64,000 nt of DNA from Thalia democratica (Eukaryota): the NCBI GenBank assembly GCA_965202585.1, contig OZ241826.1:82522001-82586000 (forward strand). Reading direction: 5' to 3'. A program made the position numbers and the translations under genes. Under the pieces are notes generated by a model. That model had not been told where the DNA came from. It made no database searches and saw only the letters and a program-made list of their open reading frames with translations. Below, piece after piece: positions 1 through 13,204 of this stretch; position 1 is the first letter of the stretch, and each line of letters begins with the position of its first letter.

Positions 1-3000
1 GTAAATTATTTGCATTACATCTTTTCACAACAACTTAAATTTACAATTTGTTTAGTATTTGAAAATTTATTTAAATATTTTTTTTTAGCTGAGTAATTAT
101 TAATGTGCTGTAACTTTACATAGTCAACGTTTTAAATTTATATATTAAATCAACATTAGGACCTAGAAAATAAAGTTGAAACAATTTTATAGTAGTAATC
201 AAAGTCCTTTTAAGTCTCAAAACCAAGAATTAAACCAAGTTTGTTTTTTTTTTGAATACATAAAATAACTGTGACAGTTTTTTTATTAACTTTTACTAGT
301 ATCTGAATGAAACTTTTATAGTATTATTTTCAAATATTGAAAAATTAATAGTTTTTTGGTGTAATTTAACTTTTTTAATTGTTTCTAGAAAATCTTCAAA
401 AATTAAAAAAAATTGTAGACTTTAAAATTGTATACTTAAACTTTGACTTTACTTTCTTCTTTTACTTAAAAATAATAGTATAGCTAAGAAGTTTTACATT
501 AAGTAACTAAGCTTCTAATGAACTACAATTTGGTTTTTTAGTTTGCACGAAGGTAACGGCAAACGACTTGTTTATAATTTGGTATAAGTATACGCATGTA
601 TAAAGTGATACAACTAGTAGGAATGTAATTTTTTAAAATTGTTAATTTTTTAAGTAATATATAATTTTGTATTATTATTACACAATTCTTTAAATATTTA
701 TTATTTTTTTTTAGAATTGTAACTAAAAGTTTATTACTTATTTAGTTAGTTATTTAGTAAACCATGGGTAAACAAAATAGGCCCGGAAAGCAAAAAAAAA
801 AATTATAGAGGTTTAGTTAAAAACTAATGATAATCTGGACCACATGAAATAAAAAAAGTAAAATCAAAGAACAACTTTTATATAAAAGATTAAACAGCCA
901 CAAAAATTCATATCAAAAAGATTTTGAAAATACTAGAGTACAATAAATTTAAAACAGTAACTTATTAAAATCTTAACTTGAGTTTACAATATATAAACAT
1001 TGCTATAAAGCGGGGAATGGCAATCTGCAGTCCTTAAGTTAAAAACCTACATATTCTGAGATTAAAATTGATGAATATAAAAAAATGTCTATGTTATAAA
1101 TGACAGTAATTTTAATATCACCTAAATTTAATGAGTTCGTAAAAAAAAGTATTATAAAAATTCACATTATAACAAATTAACTGCAAAGAATTCTATTTTT
1201 AAATTTAACCCAAGTGCCGGCCGACCTGACTTGGTCATAAACACTGTTTTTAATGTAAAATACCCAGGCAGTAGTTTTAAAATAATTATTTAAGAGCATG
1301 ATGTGAAATAAAGAGAATAAGTCGGTTGCGCTAAATCGTACCAACTGTTTTATATTCAGTTGTTTCTAGTTTTTTAATTATCTATTATTTAATTAAGCGC
1401 TAAAATCGTGTGTAGAAACAAAAAAGATGTAATTATTGGATTTTTACTTATACTAAGTCTGCAGCCCATCCCCTAAAAATGCAAATAAAAACAACAGCCT
1501 AATTAAATATATTAAGCCTAAACGTAGAGGATCCGGATCATATCAGAATTTAATTTGTAAAGAAATATACGGAACCTACTGGATCTTTAACTTGTGGATG
1601 CAAAACATCTTCATTAAAAAATAAGCGTTTTCAAGTATAATAAATAAATGTTTTCGTAATAAAATATATCAAACTAAGCTTGTTACTTACATCCACGTTT
1701 AATTGATGCTTATTTCATCATAATTTCAGAGTATAATAGTATTTTTATATCGATTCATAAAATTATTATGAATATTTTGGGCCCACAATGTTCTTTTACT
1801 TATTTTAACTGAACTCTACAGTTTAGGTGGAACTACGGGGCCGTAAATAAAACAATCTCCGTTCGACTAGTTTTCTTATTAAACATAGTTTTTTAGAGTA
1901 TTATTAAGTAAGTAGAAAACATATTTTTGTGAGAAAACAAAAGATATGCTAAAGACATTTATTATGTGTAATTAACTTATCTTAAGTGCAATTATATAAT
2001 TATTTCTACCATTATATATAGCCGAGAAGGAGCTTAATTTTTTTTTTAACTATTTTATTGAAACTAATTTCAAGATTACCAAACTATTTAATTCTGATAC
2101 AGTTTAATAAAACTTGATTTGCTTAATCCACGGAGGAAAATAGTCATGAATCGAATAGATATTCAGAAATCGGCTATGCGTGACATAGTTCAGAGATATG
2201 GTGTTTTAACATTTTTCCTTGTTTGATTTTTCAATAGAGTCTACTTACTACTCCACCAAGCGTTTAAATAATAAATAGAGCTGATATTTTTATACTACAT
2301 AACTTAAGCTATGTTACGTAGTATCACAAAATAGTAATTTAGTTTAAAGTTTGAAGGTTAAACAGCTTGAGTAGGATGAATACGCGGGCTTATATATAAT
2401 TAACTGTTAACATTTTAACTTTATTTTCATTCTTTTATTTTTTAGATTTTACTTCTAAACTTGCAAACGACATTTATGTTATATTGAGTTATTTTCTTCT
2501 CTAACCACTTATGAACTGTAATATTTATACTTAAAATAGTTTTCTTTTACTTATAAGAAGTTTTGTAAATAATTAAAACCTAACCATAAATGAAAATTAT
2601 AAGTAAGTCTTTAAGTTTTGAAAAAAAAGCTACTGAGCACAAATCAGATAACACAATTATTAGCAATAACATTTAGTTCAAAATATTTAATTCCTATAAA
2701 ACTATGATAACAACAACACGTGAAATATTTAACAAAAGCTAAAACTTTTTAAAAATAAGAACAAATTTTCAAATATAAAAAAGTTTTGTTGTGCTAAAAC
2801 GTTATAAAATAGGAAAATAATGCTCTACTATAAAGATTACACACTCAAAATAAAACTATATTAAACTCGGTTTGTATTATGAAACTATGAAATTTTACAA
2901 AAAAAAAATGTCTTTCTTTAATAAATCTGTTTTCATTAATAACTACGTTGTTAAAACATTAAGTAATCAAATATTTTAAAATTATTTACAGATAAAAATT

Positions 3001-3157
3001 TAAAATTGTTGACAACTGTAAAAAGAGTAATAAAAGAGGTTTACTTATATGTCTCTAATTTCAAGTTTTAATTAGTAATTAATATTATAAATTTAGAGTT
3101 AATTCTAAGTTTCCGCAAAACTAAGACTACTATAATGCTTAATTTTCCATCAGTTTT

Positions 3158-4033
3158 TCAATTAAAAAAATTAAGTTTTAAAACTTTTTCGTTTACACTG
3201 TTTCTAAGTAATAATTCTTCAGTTTTAGGTTTAGATTTCCTGAATATAAGACATGTTTTATCATTGTTGAGCTTTTTATACGTCATACCTATATGGAAGT
3301 CTTCCAACTTGGACGCAATGCAGTTGACATGCTCATCAAAAGATGTCTTTTCTTTTTCCTGAATTTCACTTATAAACTCTTTAATAAGAATATCAATTTT
3401 ATTTTCGTAATTTCTCTTTTCTTCTTCCCAGTTGCTTTCAAACCTCGAAACTTCACTTCTTGCTTTTTGTTTAAGGTCCTCATAGAGAAGATCAGTTTTC
3501 CTTTCCTTTTCTTTTTGACTAGGAAATATTTTGTAGTTCATTTTAAACATTTCTTCGTCTACGCATTTTTCTATTTTTTCTTTCATTTCTGTCAGATGCA
3601 GTTCTTTCAAAAACTCAGTCTGTTCAGTAAGTGTGATTTTAATATCTTCTACGCAAATTCCTGATTCAAGTAAAAGCTTTAAGCGCTCATCTTGGTTGTA
3701 ATAAGGAGCTCTATGGTTTGTTAAACCGTGTATGTTGTAGAACTCACACAATTTTTCATCAATAGCTTTTCTAGGAGTATCTCCGAAAGAGTCAGAAATA
3801 TCATTAACTTTATTCTGCTTTTTTACCAAACAGTCATCGCAAGTTGATTGATCGTGCTCTTCAAAATAAATTCTTGTTGTTTCAAAAGGTTCCAAGCAAG
3901 CATCTAGTTTTATTCCGGGGCTACTTGTGAGGCATCCTATTCTTCGATGGTAATAATTCGTTTCCACGAAACTAAATTTTACCTTTTTAGTTTTCTTGTT
4001 TGTGTATAAATTGACACTCATATCTATTGACAT
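3158..4033 (-). CDS. Intronless 291-aa protein with CSRNP_N-like motif blocks, an RVxF-type PP1-docking motif (KKVKF) and a coiled-coil-like C-terminal half
   Basis: Long uninterrupted ORF in very AT-rich DNA. KVKFSFVETNYYHRRIG..S.PG..L resembles the CSRNP N-terminal block (VRFxxVxxYYFxRRQG..S.GGxxLG) and ERLKLLLESGICVEDI resembles RRRALLRASGVxxID. The Cys-rich CSRNP DNA-binding region is absent. ORF is seen directly; family assignment is inference. Confidence 0.6.
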   Translation of the reverse strand: MSIDMSVNLYTNKKTKKVKFSFVETNYYHRRIGCLTSSPGIKLDACLEPFETTRIYFEEHDQSTCDDCLVKKQNKVNDISDSFGDTPRKAIDEKLCEFYNIHGLTNHRAPYYNQDERLKLLLESGICVEDIKITLTEQTEFLKELHLTEMKEKIEKCVDEEMFKMNYKIFPSQKEKERKTDLLYEDLKQKARSEVSRFESNWEEEKRNYENKIDILIKEFISEIQEKEKTSFDEHVNCIASKLEDFHIGMTYKKLNNDKTCLIFRKSKPKTEELLLRNSVNEKVLKLNFFN

Positions 4034-4204
4034 TTTTATTACTACTATCTAGAATTTAAAAAAATATATATATGACTTTTTTGGTAGTAATAAAACAGTA
4101 CTTTTAAGTTACGTCTAAAAAATTTATAGTTGTTATTACTTATAATTTATTAACTGTTTTAAATGGCTTTTGATGTTTGTATATAAAGTTCAAAATAATA
4201 ATAA

Positions 4205-4445
4205 GATTTCTAACTGTATGCATACGTTTAAAACTGTTAGGCGTCAAAAGTGCTTAAACTGTCTTTATTACACAAAAACACTTTTGCACAGGTTGAATTT
4301 TCAATTTTCTTGTTTATATTTTACTATAACTGTTAACCCTAACCCTTACTCTTGGTCGGTATTTTTTTTTTTTATAATACTTTATTTTTCTTGTCAAAAA
4401 TTATCACTCATACAAGAGTCTATTCGTGCAAAAGTTTCTTTGTGA
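4205..4445 (-). mobile_element. Fragment of the TTGCACGA/TAACCC non-autonomous DNA element family (same family as 44144-44740)
   Basis: TAACTGTTAACCCTAACCCTTACTCTTGGTCGGTA (~4328-4362) is the reverse complement of the internal repeat unit at ~44303; flanked by TTTTGCAC and TCGTGCAAAA motifs. Confidence 0.55.
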
Positions 4446-4712
4446 AAAATTAAACTGAAAATAAAATAAATTTACAATTCACTCTACTAGCTATAATTTT
4501 TACCACTGAACGGATTCTCTAACAACAAAGCTGTAACAAAACACTAAAATTTAAAAGTCTAAAAAAAAATGATATCAATAACAAAAACATATATTATTTC
4601 TATGTAAAAAGAAAGCAATTACTGAAAAATTCAGTATAAATAGTAAAAATAAAAAGTATATACTATGATGGTATTTGTTAACAACAAAGGTTTTAAATAC
4701 GTTTATTTAGTA

Positions 4713-5060
4713 CAGGGGTCAGAAGCCCTATATAACTCGCGGGCCAGTTTTCCTCTGAAAAATTGCTCGCAGGCCACACTATTTAGGAAAAATTTTTGAG
4801 GTTCGCATTTACTTTAAAAAAGTTCTAATAACCAGTAGAAAAACATTGTTTGAGATAAAAATGTGATGAATTAAGCAATATTAGAGCACTAATAAACAGT
4901 ATTTATTAATTTAACAGCCTAACTGTATGTTTTTATTGCAAAATCTTTAACTTTTATTGTTTTTAAAATATATATTTCTGACTGAAAAGGAGCTCGCGGG
5001 CCGCAGTTTTTGACTTTGAGGGCCGCATTTAGCCTGCGGGTCGCATTTTTACTACCCCTA
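4713..5060 (+). mobile_element. hAT/Charlie-like MITE
   Basis: Starts CAGGGGTC, ends CCCCTA; GCGGGCC/GGGCCGC subterminal motifs; flanked by near-identical 8-mers ATTTAGTA / ATTTTGTA (8-bp TSD typical of hAT); homologous to 59833-60176 in opposite orientation. Confidence 0.8.
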
Positions 5061-5105
5061 ATTTTGTACAATCAAGTTCCATCACTAGAAAGAAACTCAG
5101 AAAAC

Positions 5106-5122
5106 TATATATATATATATAT
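5106..5122. repeat. (TA)n microsatellite
   Basis: Direct run of TA dinucleotides; another at ~8449-8469. Confidence 0.85.
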
Positions 5123-6375
5123 ACAAACAGACTTAAAGCTAGTAGTATTTAGTAATGTTAAAGAATGTTAAGTATTTTGAAGTAATAACATAAAATAAAT
5201 TAAATATTTACAACAAAATTAAAAAAAATTAAATAAAATTCTCTAGAAACACAAAAATAAATTTAATAACAAAAAACATATTACAATAGTATGGGTAAAA
5301 GGATAAGACGACTTGAAATGGTGGTATAAAGCCGCGGTCTCTGATATTAGCTTTCTCTGTTGTATTCAGCAATGACCACTCTTTCCAAATTGTATATCGT
5401 ACATATTAATAGGATTGCACGATGTTTTTTACATGATGAATCACTGCATATTACTTTAATCGAGATTGTATTTCTTTATATATGCTAAAATCGTTGTTTG
5501 GTTGGATTAGGTTGATTTTTTTCAGCCAAATGCATGCAATGATAATATCAAGGATGCATTTTGTAACTTTATCTAAAAGTTGATTTATTTGGATTTAAAT
5601 TAGATTTAGGGCTCAACTTTTAATGTTAGCCTTTGAATTTTATGTTGAGTCGACGTTTTGTGCCTCTGTTTTTCCTGTCATTATACAGTCATCCGTTATT
5701 TTTTGTTGCTTTAAGTTACATTATCATGCAGAATTTTTCTACTCACTTTGCTTTTATGGTAGTATTTATAAGTTTTATACATACAAATTATAAAAAAAAG
5801 CTACATAAATTAAATTAAACTCAAAAGGTTTTAATTTGAGTAGTTCTAACTAACTAAAAGTTGCTTCAGATAAAAAAAAATGTGATGAGAATTTTTAGAT
5901 ATATCAAGTTTAGATATGAACATATTTAATGATGAATTTAAGTTTTTTGTTTGAAAAAAAAAATACATATTTTGTTTATAATCGACAAAAGCAGTAAATA
6001 AATAGTATAAAAAAGTGAATAAACCATTTAAAAGAAAGTAGCATAACACTGAAAATATTTCTAACCAATTTACGTTTACAAAAACAGTTTTGACCTGACG
6101 AATTAAAATAAAAACAAACTAGTTAATGTGGCCGTTAAGTATGAAATTATTTTTTTATTTCTGCATATTTTTATTATATGTAACATAGATCTTTCAAAAT
6201 TTCATAAAACTATTTATTTTAATAAATAAACTGTAGCAGTAAAAATATTGTAGGGCATACTAGTAAAATTACTTACAAGTTGTAAGTCAAGTATCTGATA
6301 AGTATGAAACTAACTAGTCCAACTTTCATACATTAGTTTGTTAACATTATATTAAAAAATAAAAACAATCTAGAA

Positions 6376-6600
6376 TAGAGGTGGGGAACGTAAATAATTG
6401 ACGGGCCTGACCCGGAAAATTTAGTCCTTGACGGGCCGGAAAGTTACGAGTTATCGATTTATCGGGTTCAGCTGGATCCTTGTTTATATTCGGATACTAT
6501 TTTAAAATTACTTTCCGGACTAAGTACTAATTTTAGATGAAGATCCAAATTCGTCTTGAAACTAATTACAAATGGATTTAGATCCGGCTAGATGAAATAA
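6376..6600 (+). mobile_element. Probable hAT-like MITE fragment (TAGAGGTGGG start, repeated GACGGGCC/CCGGA motifs)
   Basis: GC-rich patch beginning TAGAGGTGGGGAAC with internal repeats TGACGGGCC; no matching right end or TSD found. Confidence 0.35.
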
Positions 6601-6707
6601 GATAAGGTATCACAGAATTTAGAATCTACTTTTTAATTGATTAGTTTCTCAAGTATGGAATTTTATGTGAATGTTTGTTGATAAGTTTTTTAACTATAAC
6701 TCTGGAC

Positions 6708-7260
6708 CAGGCATGGTTAAATTTGAAAGCCACTAATTACAGCTGTTTTTATATCTATATTAACTAGAAAGTTAAAGTAACAAAATAAAACTTATTTGCT
6801 CCTCTTATACTTTACATTGGATAAAATTTCATAAATCAATCTTTATTAATTATGTTAATATAAACTTACTATAGTATTAAATTACTTAAATTTTAATTTA
6901 GAATTTACTAAAACAATTTTAACACCTTGATTGTAAAACAAAAACAGTTTATAAAAATATTTTTACTTACTACCTTAATCTTTTTTTTAAAACAAAAAAT
7001 AAAGGTTTTCTTAAATTATTATTTTTAGCTTAAAGTTTAACAAATAAAACAGAATAAAAAAAAATTAAAATATAAAACAATTTTCATTCGTAACTTAATC
7101 TTTTATTCAACATTATTATTAATTAACTTCTTTTTTCTATAAATTTTCTATAAGGTTAAATACATAAGTTCTTCAAGGTATATTAGACTTAAATGTTTTA
7201 ATATCTATATTAATCAATAAAAGTTAGAAACAACTTTAAAAAAAAATTAGTGTTATATTT
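6708..7260 (+). repeat. Diverged interspersed repeat, copy 1 (copy 2 at 13205-13750)
   Basis: Both copies start CAGGCATGGT.AA.TTTGAAAGC and share collinear blocks (TTTTTAGCTTAAAG; CATAAGTTCTTCAA.GTA; ACTTAAATGTTTT; AATAAAAGTTA.AAACAAC) over ~550 bp. Confidence 0.7.
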
Positions 7261-7544
7261 ACAGTTATAAGTAAATTTTGTTTTGTGCATACTTTGCTTG
7301 TCCACAAATGAGAGTTGTAAATTATATGCTGAATTGTTCTAAAGAAATAACTATATAGTTTTAATTTGAGGCTAAAAAATAAATCAAAGGTTTAAATAAT
7401 GAAACTAGAACGGTTTTAGTTTAAATTAATTTTGATATCCTCAATATGAGAAAACCTATCTTAAGAATATAACTATTTTTCAAACTTTGTTTACATTCGA
7501 GACTAAAAAGTTCCTACTGTCGGGGATTTTTGATTGTGATATAT

Positions 7545-7622
7545 AATGTGATATTTAATTTGCGACGCTTGTAACCATGTCTGAATGTGATATTTAATTT
7601 GCGACGCTTGTTACCATGTCTG
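7545..7622. repeat. 39-bp tandem duplication (2 copies, 38/39 identical)
   Basis: AATGTGATATTTAATTTGCGACGCTTGT(A/T)ACCATGTCTG at 7545-7583 and 7584-7622. Confidence 0.95.
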
Positions 7623-7739
7623 CTCTGGACCTAATTAACACTAGTTCTTAAAATAAATACAATAATTTAATTAAAATTACTAAACATTTTAAGCAAAAAA
7701 CTGGCTTGGTGTTTTAAAAAATCTTAAAAACATCCTAGA

Positions 7740-8270
7740 AGTTTTAGAAAAAAGTTAAGCCAGCCTGCTTTTAAAAATCATATTCAAAATATTCTGAGTC
7801 ATATTGAGACTCTCGAAAACCTTAAAATATCCTGAGTTATCTTGAGTATCCTGAGTGTTTGGAAATTTGAAACATCCTAAATTATCCTGTGTCATTGTGA
7901 GATTCTAAAAATAACAAATTATCCTGAGTATACTAACTGTTTGGCAGTATTAAATGAAAAGTTTATTTCATTAATATGTGTAAAATATTAAATTGTTTTT
8001 TTCAGTTAAACTACCTACATACTCATACATATACATTTAGAAATAAAAATCTATTACCTGATTACTTAAAATATACAGGGTGCCACTCTTATAGTCAAAA
8101 TAAGCTGTCCTAAGTGACCTTAAACTATACTAAGTTTAATAATCCTAAAAAGAAAACTTAAAAACTTTTCAAAATCAATTTAAATAAAGTTCTTTAAAAA
8201 AACTATTTGTAATATAACAAAATATTGAAACTGTTCTGAGCTATCTTGAGTTTCCTAATTGTGTGGTGTC
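7740..8270 (+). repeat. Degenerate minisatellite-like repeat with TATCCTGAG/TATCTTGAG units
   Basis: Multiple ATCCTGAGT/ATCTTGAGT motifs at 7790-7930 and ~8235; similar motifs recur at ~57080-57390. Confidence 0.45.
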
Positions 8271-11200
8271 TTAAGGTTTTAGAATTTTTTTTTTACATTT
8301 TAAAAAGTACAGTTTTTCCTACAAGTTTGTAGTAAAAAGTTATATTTAAGGTCAAAAATTGTGCTTATTTATATAGAATTTATGAAACTATATTGTGATA
8401 CTTCTTTAAATATATTTTATAGTACATAGAACTAAAAACGTTTCACATTATATATATATATATATATATGTTTTTTTATCATATTTAAATTTCATAATTC
8501 TACATGTAAAATCTGTTCAAAGTATTATCAGACTATTTATAAGTACCAAATTCCTGACATTACCATTTTATTTTTGCCTTGAGTTTTGTTCAACGTTTTT
8601 TCAAGATTCTAGAATCTAGATCAAATAGCTAACCTGATTTTACAATCTAAAGGAGACTAAAAAAATTTATTAACATTAAATATTTTGCGGAGTATTTTTA
8701 AATTACTCTCAATTTCAACAGGATTTTTGATAAAAATTCCAAAATAGTTGATCAAAAACTTGGTGAGTTAAAAAAAAATTAATAAAAAAATTGACATGAG
8801 CTGAGTTTGAAAAAATTACTACTAACCAAGCCTAAGTATTTTATAACATAAAAAATTATAAAATACTTAATGCATACAATATTTAAAAAAATGATTAAAC
8901 CATAAAGTTGTGCCTGACATTTATAAAAATATATAAACTATCCTAAAATGGCTGAGTTTTTCAAGAGTTTTGAACTAGCAAGAGTTATTGTTATTCTGAA
9001 TTTGAGGCAACCTTTCTCAAAATATCAAACATAATTACAAAGATTAAGTTAACAAACATAAAAGTTTCTTGTATTTTGCTTATAAAATTTAAAAACTGTT
9101 ATTCTAAATTTTGTTAGACAGTAAAACTAAAAAAAAACATACACAAAAAAATTTATAAGCAAATCATATTTAAAGTTAATGAGATATAACTTTAATATAT
9201 TTTTGAAATGGTTATCACTAAACTTAACCATATATTTAATCAACAAGTCCTTAAAAAAAATAAATAGCATAAAAGAGATCAAACTGTAGTCTGAACTAGG
9301 AGCATTTAACTAAAATGTAAAGTTGAGCAGTCTGTCATAATGAAATATGAGAGATTTCAATTTTAAATAATGATAGTTTTAGTAAAACGTGCATGGGTCA
9401 TGTCTTACATAAAAACAGATTAGGTAAACAAAAAACTTGGACAATTTGAAATAGTCTTAAATAAGTGTATTGATATTTTCTTTTTTTTTATTTGCAACCA
9501 GTGACCATTTGAAAGTTGAGGGTCTTTGAAATTTACAATTGGGCATATTTGTAAATACTGTTAAAAAATTAATAATTTTGAAAAAAAAACACCGACCTTT
9601 GAAAACACAGCAAAGTAAAAATATTAAATAAAAAAAATATGATATTTTCTGGCTAAGACATCGGTTGGAGTAAAAATACCTGAAAAAAAACATTTTTTTT
9701 AAGGGTCCCAACTCATAAATTCAAACCCCAATTCAATGGACTTTTTTTAATTAAAGGCAAAGGAGCCTTCTTTAGAAAAAAATAATCTCAGTTAGCTATA
9801 AAGGTATGGAATAAAATTGGATCTAAGGTTTAGAATTTTTTTTTAAATTGCAAAAAGTTATTAAACTGCAGAAAAAAAAATTTAATATAAAACAACAAGC
9901 TAACTTATAACAATGTCAAAAATTTATAGTTCAACAGCTATATAAAAGATAGTATATATTTTTTTGTTCAAGGGTAAACCAGCCTTTTTTGGTTGTTTAA
10001 CTTTGTTAAGATGTAAAAAAAAATATATTTTGATACATATCTAAATTTGAAAAAAAGAAAACAGTAAAAAAAAGTTTTTTTGATGATTTGTTTACTCAAC
10101 TATAAAAAAGGTTTTGTACTTGTTAAGACTGGTTAATGGTTGTTTGACCTAATTAAGTTTGTAGCTTAAAATTGCTTTTTGTTGTATATTTTTCTAAATT
10201 ACTTGTTAAGTACCATTAGTAAAACTAAAAACTGCTTAGCTGAATTATTTAACTAATACTTATTTTTATAACCAAAATATTTTATAACAGTATTTTAAGG
10301 ATTTTTTATTTAGCTTGCCTAGTTAGCCTGATTACCAAATTAACTTTTGAAAAATCAAATAAAAGTTGTCTAAATCCATATAAAACTAAATAGCTATTTT
10401 ATTGAACAAGATATAATGAAATACTTCTTTTTCTTAACCATAATCTAGCTTACTCGTAACTATTAAAAAAAAAAGAGAAGTAATGCTTGAATTTGTGTTT
10501 ATTAGTTGTTACATACTTACACAACATTTTTTTTATTAAGTTAAATATTACACTTAACACATGTTGCTTTGAACTAGATTTATTATATACTGATCAAATG
10601 ACTCAGTAAGTAATAAAATTATAAAATTCAGTGTTCGAAATGTTAGTGTTATTGAAACTGTTTAAACATTTTGACTTTCTTTATTAACTACTTTTTTGAC
10701 AAAATTTAACTACTTTCAAAAAATATTTTCTAAACTTTTAAAACTTACTTATTTTAAACAAAATTGATTTATATTATTTAGTTTACTGGAATTAAAACTT
10801 GTTTATGCTACGCAAACTGAATTAACTTGAACATACTTAGAAGATTTTGAAAAGTAAACAAAGTAAGTTTTATTTAAACTAATTAGTCAGAAGATAGCAA
10901 AACAAGACTAATATACCTCTAACTACTTTACTAAGTACTAAAACTTATTGATAACACTTAAATTATTTTTTGTAAAAACATTACTCAATATAGTGTAATT
11001 TATAAAATCGTGTTGCATTTTTATTATTTTAAGTTTTTATAACTTTATTACTTTAATTTTTAACAAAAAAATCAAAAGTATTAATATAAAAAGCTTTGTA
11101 AAAATAAGGAGATATCGTTATAAGTATATTTTGCCAGTCTTGAATCAAAGTAAAATAAAAAAAGAAAGGTTAAGGTGTTATTAATTTTTAGTTTTTTAAG

Positions 11201-12804
11201 TTGATTATTTAAATATTGAAATTATTCATTTTTTTTTATTAAACTAACTTTTATAAACAAAATTTCTGTAAAGTTTTTATAAAAAAATTAATTACAAAAT
11301 AATCTAACTCATAGAAAAAAATTAATAAATTATAGACTTATAAACGTAAAATTATTTGTAATTATATTGTCTGAAAAATTAACTTCTTTTTTTAAACTAT
11401 AAACATATATTTTTTATCATTTATTATTGTAAATTAACTTTTCTTTTTATGTCAATCTTTAACACAACAAAAACATGATTATATTTTCAGTTTAGTATGA
11501 TACAAACAAAATACTTATAAATTAAAAATGTTACTTTTAACAAAACCACTGCATTTCTATGCCTATTGTAAAAATATTTTTGTAGGTTATAAAAGAAAAA
11601 CTCAGAGTTTATATTTTAAGAAACATAAATATAATTGCGAAAGTGTACACTTGTTTAACCAAAGCTAATAAAACAGAAAAAATCTAGATATGTGGTGGTT
11701 TCGCTGTTACAATAACTTTTAAAAGTTAAAGTTGATGTTATCTTTTCTAAATATTTTTTTGTTTATATATTTATGCTTTAGTATAAATGCCTTTTTAGTG
11801 TACATTATACTAATTACATTAATTTTTATAGAAAAAAAGCTTTTTTGTTTTCTCTACCCGTAAAAAAACTTGATGATAGGTAAAATTGTTAGCAATGTAT
11901 TAATTTCGAAGAAATAAAGTTAAGAATTATAGAGTTTGATTTTCGTTTAGTTTGAAATTTTTTTTTGATTTTCTACTTTGCATATTAGTTGTTCAACGAA
12001 GTAAGCCTTAACTTAATTTAATAAAATAAAATTTGTGTAGTAAACATCACTATTTAAGATTTAAGGCTTACGAATAACAAAGATATTTACTAAAACTAAA
12101 GCAAATATAGATACAGATGATAAAATAAAAAAACTTAAAAAGCAATGAGTTTAAACACATTTCATATCCAATAACAACATTTTTTTTTTTTTTTTATAAT
12201 AGTTTATTTAAGAAAGCATATACCTTTTTTTTTTAATATATTATAGAGTGAGAGTCTATTAAGGATCTTTTATCAATAAAGTATTTCAATTGTATACCTT
12301 ATTTAAATTCTGACTTAATAGAAATTGACATGTAATCATTTTTTTGATATCGTATAATCTACAAAGTTTTATGTTTGTTTTTTTCAATAACTGATCATAG
12401 AATGAAGAAATTAAATATTATTTTGAAGCTTAACTCTACGAGCACAGCAGTATAAATACATTTTAAGTCTGGATTGTCTGATAGTTAATAAGCTAAACAA
12501 CTGTTAAAAAATTTTTAAGTTTTATTTAAACTATATTAACACATATCATTTTACGTGGATTAAGCTTTAAACTGATCAAATTAAAAACTTTAATTAATCA
12601 TTAGCTCTGCTCGTATTCGAACAGACATACATTTCGTTTCTTAAAAACAATATTTTAAGGAAAATAAGAATTAAAAAGTACACTTTTATATTTTTTACTT
12701 GTTGATTAATATTAACGTCCTTAAATATAGAAACGACAGCAAACTTTACTTGATAAATATTGAACTACACCACACAGCCATGAACAACAGTATCTGAGAC
12801 AACT

Positions 12805-12841
12805 TACGACCGGTTTCGTCCTGACTAGGACTCATCAAGCA
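12805..12841 (-). ncRNA. Minimal type I hammerhead ribozyme motif (Penelope-like-element type), core variant C3U
   Basis: Minus strand reads TGC-TTGATGA-GTCC-TAGTCA-GGAC-GAAA-CCGGTC-GTA: core (C/U)UGAUGA, perfect 4-bp stem II, GAAA, palindromic mini stem III ACCGGT, GUC cleavage triplet, 3-bp stem I. Confidence 0.7.
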
Positions 12842-13204
12842 GAAACATCGCGAGAAACTGCTTTTGAGATCCAATCGGGCTTAAGTACAACGTACTAAAG
12901 CGACCGTTTGTTTGTAAAATTCAAAAAAAAAACTACTTTTTATTAAAAAATAGTTTAGTAATTTAGGTTATGATTGTATCTTTTTTTTTTTGGTTATATA
13001 AATTTCTCAAAGATATAAATCATGCTAAATATATCATTATTATGTCACATTATATTTATTGAAATCATATATCGACTGCATCTTGATAATATATAGTTTA
13101 ATTGGTATGATAAAAAGATGTATGACTAAAGGTAATCAATTGTTAAAAAAAGCAACAGACAAAAATAGACTTAAATTGTTATTATACAAAAAAGTATTCT
13201 CAAT

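Noticed and set aside
4336-4347. TAACCCTAACCC as a telomere remnant
   Set aside because: Only two units, embedded in a dispersed transposon-like family rather than a true telomeric array.
8074-8140. TACAGGGTG, a mariner-type TIR start
   Set aside because: No matching opposite end found; a 9-bp match alone is insufficient.
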